Positions 1 through 8,356 of a DNA stretch of 49,812 nt are shown here, piece by piece. Positions within the stretch are counted from its first letter, which is position 1, and every line of letters begins with the position of its first letter. Origin of the DNA: a virus (lineage: Duplodnaviria; Caudoviricetes). A program made the position numbers and the translations under genes. The stretch spans positions 1-49,812 of the IMG/VR virus record IMGVR_UViG_3300018476_000001. The stretch is one strand, 5' to 3'. A model generated the notes under the pieces. That model saw only the letters and a program-made list of their open reading frames with translations, had not been told where the DNA came from and did no database searches.

Positions 1-104
1 CAAATGTCGGCGCGCGTGTTCGGATCGAAATGGCGCGGAACCGCCGCGTTGACCCGCCTCAATAGGTCGTGTTCGGGCTTGCCGCCGTCATGGATTAGGA
101 ACGG
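1..104 (+). repeat. Terminal direct repeat, identical to 49709-49812 (circular assembly overlap)
   Basis: caaatgtcgg...gattaggaacgg occurs at both ends. Confidence 0.97.
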
Positions 105-584
105 ATAGACAAGCTGCGGCCGCACGTCCCTGAGGTTCGAACCGGGGCGGCGCGGCCTCTGCGGAGCCCGGAATGTCCTCCACCCGCCCGCCCCCAGATT
201 CCTGCTTCTAGGACTGAACTCGCTAACGGGCGTTAGTCCGAAAGGGCCGCTTGGGTTAAGCCACCACACATATTCGCTGAGGTGCGGCATTTCGGCCATC
301 ACCGGCGAGTTGAGCTGGAGACGGCTAAGAAAGCTTCTAATCGCGAGGGCCTCTTTCTTGCGCTCGGGCATGCAAAGCTGCGAAAGCTCTGGGTTGAGCT
401 GTAGCCTCTGAGTCAGATCGGAAAGACCCGCTTCGTGTTCCATTCCGGACACGACGAGGTTCCACATTCGATGTGCGCGGCCGAGCGTGACGTTGCCCCG
501 GTACATGAGCAGGGGCCGCAGATGCCTCTCGAAGCCGGGGCGGATTATCTTGTCTTCAAGCTTGGCGAGCGGGACTTGTTTCAT
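1..584 (-). CDS. 5' part of a 262-aa hypothetical protein spanning the origin (continues 49708-49504)
   Basis: ATG at 584 overlaps the stop of the upstream gene (ATGA); frame open through position 1 into ORF 49504..49770 (MKQVPLAKLEDK...DDSIWERI). Confidence 0.8.
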   Translation of the reverse strand, partial: MKQVPLAKLEDKIIRPGFERHLRPLLMYRGNVTLGRAHRMWNLVVSGMEHEAGLSDLTQRLQLNPELSQLCMPERKKEALAIRSFLSRLQLNSPVMAEMPHLSEYVWWLNPSGPFGLTPVSEFSPRSRNLGAGGWRTFRAPQRPRRPGSNLRDVRPQLVYPFLIHDGGKPEHDLLRRVNAAVPRHFDPNTRADI

Positions 585-1066
585 CGGAAAAGCTCTTCGG
601 CGACATATCGAACAACGTGCTTGGCGGCGCGAACGGACGAGGGCCGCGCCGTCGAGTAGCGCGATCCTGGAATGCCCGTTGGCTCATCCCACCGGCAGAC
701 GTTTTCGAATATCTCCCACGCATAGCGCGGCACTTTCCCCTTGAAGTCAGCAAGCGTTCGAAGCGCTGCTGTGTGCGCTGCCCCGCCGTGTTCGAACTGG
801 CGCGGGCCGGGGCAGTTATTCCACAGGTCGGCGCAGTGTGCAAAAACCTTGATGTGCTGCGCCTCGAAAAACCCGTCGTTATCGTGAAGCCACCCGTCGA
901 TCACCTTGTGATCGATGTTGACGCTGACTCGGAAGTTGCCGCCGGGGTTGTCATTGCTCGACCACGGCACGCTGACGCTGCGCGTCCGGTAGCGGCTGTG
1001 TTGCTCGGCGCTGGGCTCGACGACCTGTCGGACTAACGCGCGTTTGATTTTGAGTGATGCGCTCAT
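581..1066 (-). CDS. Hypothetical protein
   Basis: ORF starting MSASLKIKR, coupled by ATGA overlaps at both ends. Confidence 0.7.
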   Translation of the reverse strand: MSASLKIKRALVRQVVEPSAEQHSRYRTRSVSVPWSSNDNPGGNFRVSVNIDHKVIDGWLHDNDGFFEAQHIKVFAHCADLWNNCPGPRQFEHGGAAHTAALRTLADFKGKVPRYAWEIFENVCRWDEPTGIPGSRYSTARPSSVRAAKHVVRYVAEELFR

Positions 1067-1149
1067 GCGATAGTCCGACACTCACCCGGAGGGCGGAGAC
1101 CGGAACGGGCTCCGTTCATGAGTGGCGGCGGTGCCGAAGGCAATCGCCC
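1067..1149 (+). repeat. Structured element E1 (orientation B)
   Basis: CACTCA/TGAGTG stem; cggagAccg-gaa-cggGctccg; ends tgccgaaggcaatcgccc. Confidence 0.85.
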
Positions 1150-1168
1150 AACCTGTGCATTTCCTGCA

Positions 1169-1354
1169 TCAGTTCCCATCTTCACCCCTCCTCCCTATGA
1201 GGTTGCGAAACTCTCGAAAGTCGCGGCGCATTTGCTCCCATGGATCGACGCCGATTTCGATGACGGGGCATCCCTTCGGCGGCTCGCTGTTTGAGTTGTC
1301 GCTCGTCCACACTTGCGCGAACCTCGGCGCGGCTTCACCCCTTCTTAGTGTCAT
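1169..1354 (-). CDS. Small hypothetical protein (61 aa)
   Basis: ATG at 1354 (MTLRRGEAAP...), fits operon packing. Confidence 0.5.
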   Translation of the reverse strand: MTLRRGEAAPRFAQVWTSDNSNSEPPKGCPVIEIGVDPWEQMRRDFREFRNLIGRRGEDGN

Positions 1355-1817
1355 GGCTGATCCCCGATGAAGGTTGGGCGTCCCGGCCTTCGGCCGTCGG
1401 GCTCTGCTCGCTTCGCTCATCGAGCCCCGCTTCGCGTGTCTCGCCCGCTGTCGCGGCGACGATCCCTGACGCGGCGCGGGCGTGGACCTCGCGCAGATCT
1501 GACTCTGCTGCCTCACGCCAGCCATCGCCGTGACGGAACCAATGTCCGAGGAACCGGTGAAGAAAGAACGCCTGCTCGTCCTCCGCCCGCTTCGGAATGT
1601 CGAAGCCTGCGGCCCGATAGACCCGCGAGAACCGAATGAACGTGAAGCACTGCCGGCCGAGGATGTCGGCCAACTCAGGCGTCAATTCATCGGGCCACGC
1701 CGCGTTAGGGACTAGCGGCTCTGCCTGAGACTGCGCAGCAGGCTCAGCCCCGAAGGGGCGCAGGCCCGGCGACGGCGAAGCCGACGCAACGCCCAATTCT
1801 CCTTTGTCCACAGACAT
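1335..1817 (-). CDS. Hypothetical protein; core paralogous to 9920..10372; both termini encoded by elements
   Basis: GGAGG RBS before ATG 1817; shared core AAWPDELTPxLADILGRQCFTF...FFLHRFLGHWFRHG. Confidence 0.8.
   Translation of the reverse strand: MSVDKGELGVASASPSPGLRPFGAEPAAQSQAEPLVPNAAWPDELTPELADILGRQCFTFIRFSRVYRAAGFDIPKRAEDEQAFFLHRFLGHWFRHGDGWREAAESDLREVHARAASGIVAATAGETREAGLDERSEQSPTAEGRDAQPSSGISHDTKKG
1376..1473 (+). repeat. Structured element E2 (orientation A)
   Basis: gggcg...gggct...cgagcc...gtctcg...gatccctgacgcg. Confidence 0.9.
1701..1794 (+). repeat. Structured element E3 (B)
   Basis: cgcgttaggga...tgagActgc-gca-gcagGctca...ccccgaagggg...cgccc. Confidence 0.9.
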
Positions 1818-1857
1818 TAAAACCTCCAGTCGATCTCGGCGAGAATGTCGGGGTGGG

Positions 1858-2262
1858 TCATGCCGAGTAATCCGGCAGCAGCCGCGGCATTTCGGCCGTC
1901 TCGTAGGCGTGGGCGATTTTGCGCCGAACCTCCTGCCCGACGAGCGTCCCATTCGGCAGCACGACGTTCGCCAGAAACTCATCCTCGAACAGGACGATGC
2001 CGCTCGCCACAGCCTCCAGCTTCGCCTTGATGACCAGCAGCAGGGCGCGCATGGCGACACGGCGATCCTGAGGGTCGCGGTCCTTGAGGCCGATGTAGAA
2101 GCGGACCTGTCGACCTTCCTTGGTGAAGGCGATCAGCCCCTCGTCCTCGCCCAGCATGTAGGCGAACTGCGCCCCATCGTAGCGGGCGACGACCGCGCGA
2201 ATGTCGGCTATGCTCTGCTCCACCGAAACCTTCGTGGTTTCAGCGTACCGGCGGGCGGCCAT
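1858..2262 (-). CDS. Phage hypothetical protein
   Basis: 134-aa ORF with GGAG RBS; first gene distal to attP. Confidence 0.8.
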   Translation of the reverse strand: MAARRYAETTKVSVEQSIADIRAVVARYDGAQFAYMLGEDEGLIAFTKEGRQVRFYIGLKDRDPQDRRVAMRALLLVIKAKLEAVASGIVLFEDEFLANVVLPNGTLVGQEVRRKIAHAYETAEMPRLLPDYSA

Positions 2263-2275
2263 TATCGGTCTCCAA

Positions 2276-2458
2276 GGTTAGCCACGAGAGGCGGGGCGGC
2301 GGCAGTTTTCCGTGCGCCTTCGGACGAGGTTAGACTAACTAAGGCGCTGTCCATAAACGGAAGGTACACTCCTTCCGGGCGCGCCACAACATCAAAGTTT
2401 TCCTTACGCATCAGCGGCTTGCTCCGGCGTTTGGCTAACCGAATTAGCCGGGTTAGAC
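2276..2458. promoter_or_regulatory. Putative integrase arm-type sites (GGTTAGMC)
   Basis: GGTTAGCC 2276, GGTTAGAC 2328 and 2451, inverted GGCTAACC 2433, flanking the core. Confidence 0.55.
2359..2386 (+). other. attP core matching a tRNA 3' end (T-arm plus acceptor, probably tRNA-Arg)
   Basis: GGAAGG-TACACT-CCTTCC-GGGCGCGCCA just beyond the integrase stop; CGGGCGCGCCA is typical of tRNA-Arg 3' ends. Confidence 0.75.
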
Positions 2459-3480
2459 AAACCCCCTCCTTCAAGAGCGTCCATCGCGGCGTCGGCCATG
2501 CGTGCCTGATCGGCTCCCCGGGTGTAGCGCGCGACCTCGGAATCGGTGCTGTGGCCGGTGATCGACTTGATGAGCTGGTTGGACAGCCCGAGCTCGGCCA
2601 TCCGCCGGGACGCGGCCTTCCGGAGCCCATGCGCCGCGCATTGAGGCAGGCCGGCTTCGACGCAGCGCTTCTTGAACCAGTTCCCGAGGCTTTCCTTCGT
2701 GAAGGGCGTCCCGCGCTCGGAAACGAGGAAGGTGGCGCCGCCGGACGGGCATGCGGCAATGGCCTCCCTCAGGCGCGGGTGAATGCGTATCGACAGAAGC
2801 GCGTCGGTCTTGAGCTGCCGCACCTTCACATAGCCGGGCTTGCGGGGATCCTCGCCCATGACGGCGGCATCGGAGCGCCGCTGGGCGGTGTAGAGGAAGA
2901 TGGCGAGCGCCAGCCTTGCCTTGGTGCTGATAGGATGGCGCTCCTGGAATTGCGTGATCTCAGGCTCGGTCCATTCGTGGAAGCCCTTGCCGGCATTCCC
3001 GAGGCCCTTGGCCGCCAGAGCTGGGTTGTCCGACCGCATCCCGAGGATGATCGCGTAATTGAAAAGCTGGCGCAGCCGCTTGAGCAGATTGTTCGCTGCG
3101 GCCGGAGTGTCGGCCATCTTCTCCATCAGCTTCTCGACGTTGAGCGCGCTCATGGTGGCGACGCGACGCTTGCCGAATGAGGCCCGGAAGCGCTCGAGCT
3201 CGCCGCGGTACGTCTTGCGCGTGCTTTCCTTGGGGATGCGCCGCCATGCCGTGCTACGGTAGAATTGGCTGATAAGATCGTCGAAGGTGCCCGGGGCGAA
3301 CCGTTCGGCGACGGGCGACGGCTCGCCATTTTTCCAAGCGAGATATTCTTTCCAGAAGTCATCCGTCCCCGGCAGCGCCTTGGGATAGAGGGTCGCCAGC
3401 CCCTTGCCACGGAAGCGCACCCGCATCCGCCCATGACGGTCGCGGAACTCGCTGGCGTAGGGCGGCAGCGTCCGATTCAT
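2404..3480 (-). CDS. int: Tyrosine recombinase / phage integrase
   Basis: Catalytic motifs TAQRRSD, HGLR, ITGH, ARY; ATG 3480 overlaps the stop of the upstream gene. Confidence 0.95.
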   Translation of the reverse strand: MNRTLPPYASEFRDRHGRMRVRFRGKGLATLYPKALPGTDDFWKEYLAWKNGEPSPVAERFAPGTFDDLISQFYRSTAWRRIPKESTRKTYRGELERFRASFGKRRVATMSALNVEKLMEKMADTPAAANNLLKRLRQLFNYAIILGMRSDNPALAAKGLGNAGKGFHEWTEPEITQFQERHPISTKARLALAIFLYTAQRRSDAAVMGEDPRKPGYVKVRQLKTDALLSIRIHPRLREAIAACPSGGATFLVSERGTPFTKESLGNWFKKRCVEAGLPQCAAHGLRKAASRRMAELGLSNQLIKSITGHSTDSEVARYTRGADQARMADAAMDALEGGGLSNPANSVSQTPEQAADA

Positions 3481-3650
3481 GCGAGGTCGGCCCATTCGTC
3501 GTTGTCATGCCGCTGTTTGCCGGTGGCGGGCAATATCTCAATGTTGCCGTTCGGGTCTATGCGGACGCGGCCGACGGACAGCCCGGCCGCGACGAAGCCC
3601 GAGACGGCGCGCTTGACGTCGGCTTTCGTAAAGCGGGCTGGAGCGGTCAT
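3477..3650 (-). CDS. Probable excisionase / recombination directionality factor
   Basis: 57-aa protein ARFTKADVKRAVSG...GRVRIDPNG immediately upstream of int. Confidence 0.65.
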   Translation of the reverse strand: MTAPARFTKADVKRAVSGFVAAGLSVGRVRIDPNGNIEILPATGKQRHDNDEWADLA

Positions 3651-3662
3651 GTCAGGCACCCT

Positions 3663-3738
3663 CGCCCCGATTGAAGCGGGAACCGGCGAGACGCGTAGCG
3701 GCTCGATCCGCGAAGCGGACGAAAGCGGGATAAGCGCC
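3663..3738 (+). repeat. Structured element E4 (B, lacks outer hairpin)
   Basis: gattgaagcg...cgagAcgc-gta-gcgGctcg-atccgcgaagcggacgaaagc. Confidence 0.85.
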
Positions 3739-3749
3739 TGAAAACACAG

Positions 3750-4664
3750 TCATTCCAGCCCCCCGGAAGGCTTGGTAACGGCGGCGAGGGCTTTGCCGAT
3801 ACGGCGCAGGTCGCCGACCGAATAGGCTGCGGCGGACTCTGTGTCCGTCTCAAGACAGTGGATCGTCGGGATCAGGGCATCAGGAACGCTTTCGGCGTAG
3901 AGACTCGCCTCGCGCGCGAACGGCTCCAGTACCTCTATCGATACGAGAACATGGTCGGGGGGTGACCCTGCTCCTTCGGCATAATCGACACAGTCTTTGC
4001 ATGACGGGTCGAACGCTCCGCTTCGATGCTCAGCGGCCGTCGGGCGAGTTTTGAGGAAGCCAGGGTCTTTCTGCCACGCCGCCGCGCAGTCCGCACAGGC
4101 TGGCATGATGTCGCTCTCATCGCTCACCGTCCCGACAGCCTCAGCCGTGCAAAACGAGCATCGTCCGTCCTCCGTCAGTCCATCAGGGGGTGAAGCGGCG
4201 AGGGCGGCGTAGAGGCGTCCCGCGATAGCCGATGCCCAGTGGCCCGGCGAGAAGGATAGGCGGCGACGGCCTAGCTGCTTGATGTCGAGCGGATGGCAGT
4301 TAGTGTCATCGCAGATTTCGTCCCACGTCGCCTGCATCGTTTCATCGACCAGTGTTTGAAGACGACGTTCGTCCAGCGCTTCTCTAAGTCCCCCATCTGT
4401 GGAGGAGATGGAGGCGAGGACGGCGCTGGCCTTGCTGCGGAAGCCGTCGGCGGCGTCACCACATTTCGCGACGATCTCCTGCCAAGAGAGGTCGGGCCAC
4501 GTCGCCTTAGCGAGCGCAATGGCCCCAAGCTCTACCACCTCCTTGTCCGGTAGAGGTGCGATGGCTACAGGAGTTGGGCGATGCCCTTCGGGCCGCTCTG
4601 CCGGGCTCCGCCCCGAGCCCGTTCCGGTCTCGGCCTGACGGCGGCTGCCGCTATCGCGGGTCAC
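3750..4664 (-). CDS. Mosaic hypothetical protein with CxxC motifs; N-terminus encoded by E5
   Basis: GTG start overlapping the upstream stop; CSFC, CADC, CKDC. Confidence 0.7.
   Translation of the reverse strand: MTRDSGSRRQAETGTGSGRSPAERPEGHRPTPVAIAPLPDKEVVELGAIALAKATWPDLSWQEIVAKCGDAADGFRSKASAVLASISSTDGGLREALDERRLQTLVDETMQATWDEICDDTNCHPLDIKQLGRRRLSFSPGHWASAIAGRLYAALAASPPDGLTEDGRCSFCTAEAVGTVSDESDIMPACADCAAAWQKDPGFLKTRPTAAEHRSGAFDPSCKDCVDYAEGAGSPPDHVLVSIEVLEPFAREASLYAESVPDALIPTIHCLETDTESAAAYSVGDLRRIGKALAAVTKPSGGLE
4576..4658 (+). repeat. Structured element E5 (A)
   Basis: gggcgatgcccttcgggc...ccgagcccgttccggtctcgg...ctatcgcg. Confidence 0.88.
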
Positions 4665-4867
4665 TGGAATATCCCCAGAGCGCCAATTAGTTTGGCCAGC
4701 GCCGCCATAATACAGAACGCGCCAGCCGCGCCTATTGTAAAGCCGAACCCCAGCAAGAACCCGACGCGAGCGCACTCCAGCGCCTTCTCCGGGAACAAAA
4801 TGTTCGTGAATTTGAGCGGATGCCCGTCCTGGTGTATGTGCAAATCGTTATAGAGTTGCGTCTTCAT
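4661..4867 (-). CDS. Small membrane protein
   Basis: MKTQLYND...; hydrophobic C-terminal half; ATGA-coupled. Confidence 0.7.
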   Translation of the reverse strand: MKTQLYNDLHIHQDGHPLKFTNILFPEKALECARVGFLLGFGFTIGAAGAFCIMAALAKLIGALGIFQ

Positions 4868-5331
4868 GCTGCCTCCTTCGTCCGATAACGGTTCTGATAT
4901 TCGGCAAGGCTGGGATCGGGGTCCGTCAGCTTGATCCCGTTCTCGACGCACTCGCGCTGCACCGCGTCGAGAAAGCGGACCATCTGCCGCACCCTCATTT
5001 CGCTCGTGACGGGGATGAACCGCATGGCCTCGACCTTGAGCTGGTACGGCAGCGGCTTGAGCGCCTTGTCGTAGAGCTCGCGGAACTCAGGGCTGTCCTC
5101 GCGCAGGATCGGCACGCCATGACGCAGCTTCCACTCACGCTGCAGCTCGTCGGGAGTCCGGTCCTGAAGCTGGAGAGCGGCTTCCGACGCCCACAGCCAC
5201 ATCAGGCTGTTCTGCTGGCCAGTCCTGTCCCGGCCGTCGATTGACGACACGGTGATCGGGAGCTTTCGCGACAGGAGGAACTTGATCCACAGATCGAGGT
5301 CTTCCGCGTTGGCGAGGATGCGTTCAGCCAT
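4864..5331 (-). CDS. NinB-like recombination protein
   Basis: RTGQQNSLMWLW motif and C-terminal TSEM...M.RFLD.V...GIKL resemble NinB. Confidence 0.7.
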   Translation of the reverse strand: MAERILANAEDLDLWIKFLLSRKLPITVSSIDGRDRTGQQNSLMWLWASEAALQLQDRTPDELQREWKLRHGVPILREDSPEFRELYDKALKPLPYQLKVEAMRFIPVTSEMRVRQMVRFLDAVQRECVENGIKLTDPDPSLAEYQNRYRTKEAA

Positions 5332-5590
5332 TTCTCACCTCGAAATTATGCCGGTTGAGCATGGCCAGATGGACCGTGTTGTGCCCCGTCTTTTCCTCGA
5401 ATTGCCGATCCCCGCCGAGGCTGTGCAGGAGCCGGTGACAGGCGTTGCACAGCTTCACGACCAGCCAATCGTCCTTGGTGATCCGCTGCCAGTTCACGTG
5501 GATAATGTGATGGATGCACTCCGCCGCGGCGCCGCATGGGCACCCGTCGGGCAGCCAGTCCCAATATCTCTGGACGGCAGCGGTCGCCAT
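5324..5590 (-). CDS. HNH-like zinc-binding nuclease (DUF968/Ref-like)
   Basis: CPCG...IHHI...LC..CH motif. Confidence 0.6.
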   Translation of the reverse strand: MATAAVQRYWDWLPDGCPCGAAAECIHHIIHVNWQRITKDDWLVVKLCNACHRLLHSLGGDRQFEEKTGHNTVHLAMLNRHNFEVRNG

Positions 5591-5799
5591 CAGGCAGCCC
5601 TCTCCGCTGCCCGCCTCGCCCGCGCTTTCGCAAGCTGGTTGGCGTTGAAGCACGTCCGGCACGTCCGCGTCCCGCAGTGCGTGATCATGGTGTTCTCGCG
5701 CGTGTAGGGGTGGCCCTTGCGGCAGTGAGTCACGGCTCCCCGCCAGCCCGCGCCCTTGCGGAGCTCGGGGTTCTGGAGAAGGGTGTCGACGGTGATCAT
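5590..5799 (-). CDS. Small Zn-binding protein
   Basis: THCRKGHPYTRENT...CRTC motif. Confidence 0.6.
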   Translation of the reverse strand: MITVDTLLQNPELRKGAGWRGAVTHCRKGHPYTRENTMITHCGTRTCRTCFNANQLAKARARRAAERAA

Positions 5800-6740
5800 G
5801 CCGTCACATTGTCCATGGCCGCGATTCCGCTTTCGTGGAGATCGTAGGCGAGTTGGAATGTGCGGCTCTCGGCGCCGTCGAGCGCTTCGATCGCGTCGGC
5901 GTTGGCGATGCTCCAGTTTTCGAGCATCTTCTTGGTGTCGCACTCCTTCATGCTGGCGATAAGCGGCTTGACCTCGCTGTCGTCGGCCAGCGGAGCAAGC
6001 TCCGCCTCGCGGCGAGCGATCCACGGGCCGAAGCCTTCGAAGTCCTCGCCGTCTCCGGTCCACCATCCGTGATTGGCGTCGCGGATCGTCTTGAGGTCGG
6101 CGCGGTTGTCGCGCTTGAGGTTCTTGAAGCCCTCCAACGTTATGTCGGAGGCGTCGCCGGCCGTCATCATCGCCCGCAGCCGCTCCTTGATCTTGGTGAT
6201 GCCCGGAACCGCGACGGCCTCGATGACCTCGCCGGTTTCGGGATCGTGGCGCGTGCCGTCGAAGCCCTCGACGGGAACTTCCTCGGCCGGCGTCGTCGCC
6301 AGCCCGGCGTTCATCATCACGACGACATGGGCGAAGGCCGACCGGCAGGCCCGCGAGATCGCCCGCGTCTGCGCCATGGCACGAATCGCGTAGTCGGCGC
6401 GCTTCGGAAGATCCTTGCCGCGCACCTTGCCGCCGTACCATGTCGGCTCATCCTCGCCGACGAAGCCCTCCCCGGTTGCTATGATCGTGCCGGTAAGCAT
6501 GTCCCTCACCTCGCCGACGGCCCTCACGCCCCCTTCGACGCGCTCGACGCCGGTAGCGCCCGCCGCGCACCCGTGCGCTCGAGCAATGGCCATCCAGCCT
6601 TCTACCGAGACGTAGCGCTTGCCCTGGATGTTGCTGGACGACGCAAGGACGATTTCCCTGCAAAGCTGCGCCGCGTTGGTGGAGGCGCGGTAGGCTTCCA
6701 CGTTCTCGGCATTGTTGGTGATCGGGACGACGGCGTTCAT
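5796..6740 (-). CDS. Putative ssDNA-annealing/recombination protein
   Basis: Start MNAVVPIT; IQGKRYVSVEGW, AMAQTRAISRA, TPAEE motifs; HDPETGEV linker; upstream of NinB. Confidence 0.5.
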   Translation of the reverse strand: MNAVVPITNNAENVEAYRASTNAAQLCREIVLASSSNIQGKRYVSVEGWMAIARAHGCAAGATGVERVEGGVRAVGEVRDMLTGTIIATGEGFVGEDEPTWYGGKVRGKDLPKRADYAIRAMAQTRAISRACRSAFAHVVVMMNAGLATTPAEEVPVEGFDGTRHDPETGEVIEAVAVPGITKIKERLRAMMTAGDASDITLEGFKNLKRDNRADLKTIRDANHGWWTGDGEDFEGFGPWIARREAELAPLADDSEVKPLIASMKECDTKKMLENWSIANADAIEALDGAESRTFQLAYDLHESGIAAMDNVTA

Positions 6741-6907
6741 TTGACGGCTCCTGCATGTTCGTGGAGATATTGAGAGGGGTGATCGCGGACCTCGCCGTAG
6801 GTCGGGAGGTCGCACTCGCAGTACGGATACAGCTCGCCGCAGACTGGGCAGCGATAGTCCTCGGGCGACTCCAGCGGCGGCGGATCGCGATAGCTCAGGA
6901 CGTTCAT
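6737..6907 (-). CDS. Small Zn-finger protein (56 aa, not in ORF track)
   Basis: MNVLSYRDPPP...CPVCGELYPYCEC; ATGA-coupled at both ends. Confidence 0.6.
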   Translation of the reverse strand: MNVLSYRDPPPLESPEDYRCPVCGELYPYCECDLPTYGEVRDHPSQYLHEHAGAVK

Positions 6908-6973
6908 TCGACCTCTCCCGCAATGGTGTGGTCGGGGGTGATTTGAGTTTGGATGGTCATGGCGTTGAACCTT

Positions 6974-7062
6974 GGGCGTCTCCCCCTTCGAGGGCCGGGC
7001 TCTCGCCTACGGCCGAGCCGCTGCGCGTCTCGTCGGCTGTCGCCGCTTCGATCCCTGACGCG
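6974..7062 (+). repeat. Structured element E6 (A)
   Basis: gggcg...ccgggct...cgagccgctgcgcgtctcg...gcttcgatccctgacgcg; inner end 1 nt from the stop at 7064. Confidence 0.92.
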
Positions 7063-7063
7063 A

Positions 7064-8248
7064 TCACAGCGCGATTCCGGCGGCTTTTTCAGATTGCAAA
7101 AGCAGCTCGTCGAAAAGCCAGGTCTGAAGCTGGCGCGTCATGTCGCTGTAGCCGGTCTTCAGGTGGACGAACTCTTCGAGCAGCGTGCTCGCAACCTCTT
7201 TGGTGCCTTTCTGGAAGGCGGCTTTGGCGATGAAAATGCGATCCTCTTTCGCGAGCCCGTAAACCCCTTCGCCAAGGTCTTCGACAATGGTGATGGGGTA
7301 GCGGTCCAAGTCGTAGCCGGCGGAGCGTAGGAAGCACTGAGCGCGATCAAAACGCTCCCGTTCGATGGGATGAAGATCAACGCTTTCGCTCGGGCCGAGA
7401 TCGGAAAGCGACATCATCCTAGCAAGCGCCATAGCTGACGGGTTAGCCTTGCCGATGTTGTCGAGGCGCCCACGCAATCCGGCAGCCACCCTCAAGAATG
7501 TGGGAGATGGTGAGTTGTGTTCGCGGAACGAGAGATGATGCTCTAGATACTGATCACCACAGGACAGAGCGCCGAGAACCAAATCCTCGCGGTCGCACTT
7601 GGCGAGGCCGAGCGTGATATGGGACTCAGCCTCCCAATCATATTTGATTGTGCGGTCTTCGGTGAGATCGATCTTCCGCAAGATGTTATAGGTATGGCTC
7701 GTCGGTCGACAGAGCGCGCCGACGCGCACATTCCTGTAATAAACGTGCCGTGACATTCCCGGCCGTATTTCGATAAAGTCGTTAGCATAGGCGGGCGCGC
7801 CTTCGAGGACGATCTCGCCGCGCGCATAATAGGCATCCTCAATCTCTTCCGACGCGACGGCAATGACGGTTTCGCTGTCTCCGATCTCGCCGATGTCTGG
7901 CCCGGAAGCGTAGTATCGGCCGCCTTCGTCCAAGGCGTTGCAGGCCAGTTCGCGGAAGGCCATCCAAGGCTTCCAGTCGCGGCCGAGAGAGGTGGTGAAG
8001 CCAAGTTCCTCGCCGTCGAAGGTGACGACGCTGAACGGCTTCCCGCGCACGTCCTTATCGATGGTGCCAAGGCGATGCTCGTCCTTGCCGCGATAGATCG
8101 TCACGGACCCGCCGCCTCGCAGGATGGTGGCGATGGCGAACTTTACCCCGGTGCCGAAGTAGCCAATCGCGCCCTCTTCCTTAACGGAGACGCCGAGAGT
8201 GCGCACCGCCGTCAAGTCAATGAGGCCGCCGTTTCGAAAAACGATCAT
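7064..8248 (-). CDS. GHKL (HATPase_c)-like ATPase with C-terminal zincin-like motif
   Basis: IGYFGTGVK (G2 box), RELACNALDEG (N box), TLLEEFVH. Confidence 0.65.
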   Translation of the reverse strand: MIVFRNGGLIDLTAVRTLGVSVKEEGAIGYFGTGVKFAIATILRGGGSVTIYRGKDEHRLGTIDKDVRGKPFSVVTFDGEELGFTTSLGRDWKPWMAFRELACNALDEGGRYYASGPDIGEIGDSETVIAVASEEIEDAYYARGEIVLEGAPAYANDFIEIRPGMSRHVYYRNVRVGALCRPTSHTYNILRKIDLTEDRTIKYDWEAESHITLGLAKCDREDLVLGALSCGDQYLEHHLSFREHNSPSPTFLRVAAGLRGRLDNIGKANPSAMALARMMSLSDLGPSESVDLHPIERERFDRAQCFLRSAGYDLDRYPITIVEDLGEGVYGLAKEDRIFIAKAAFQKGTKEVASTLLEEFVHLKTGYSDMTRQLQTWLFDELLLQSEKAAGIAL

Positions 8249-8260
8249 CGTACTGCTCCA

Positions 8261-8356
8261 GCGCCAGTGGATTGAAGCCCGTGAGGGTGGAGACGCGCAG
8301 CGGCTCCATCGCGAAGCGACGAAAGCCCGGTCGGCGCCGTAGGCGACGAGGCGCCC
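8261..8356 (+). repeat. Structured element E7 (B)
   Basis: ggattgaagc...tggagAcgc-gca-gcgGctcca...gaaagcccgg...cgccc. Confidence 0.92.

Noticed and set aside
1-104. 104-bp terminal repeat as a physical phage DTR
   Set aside because: It falls in the middle of an ORF that reads through the join, far from the terminase genes; more likely an assembler circular overlap.
1376-1473. Elements as intrinsic terminators
   Set aside because: No U-tracts follow, and they lie inside ORFs in both orientations.
2359-2386. tRNA gene
   Set aside because: Only a 3' fragment is present with no D or anticodon arm; interpreted as the attP core.
1804-3180. Long ORFs antisense to real genes (also 12453-14210, 24500-26185, 34420-35958, 38760-40844)
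   Set aside because: Shadow ORFs expected in high-GC DNA; the opposite strands carry recognisable motifs.
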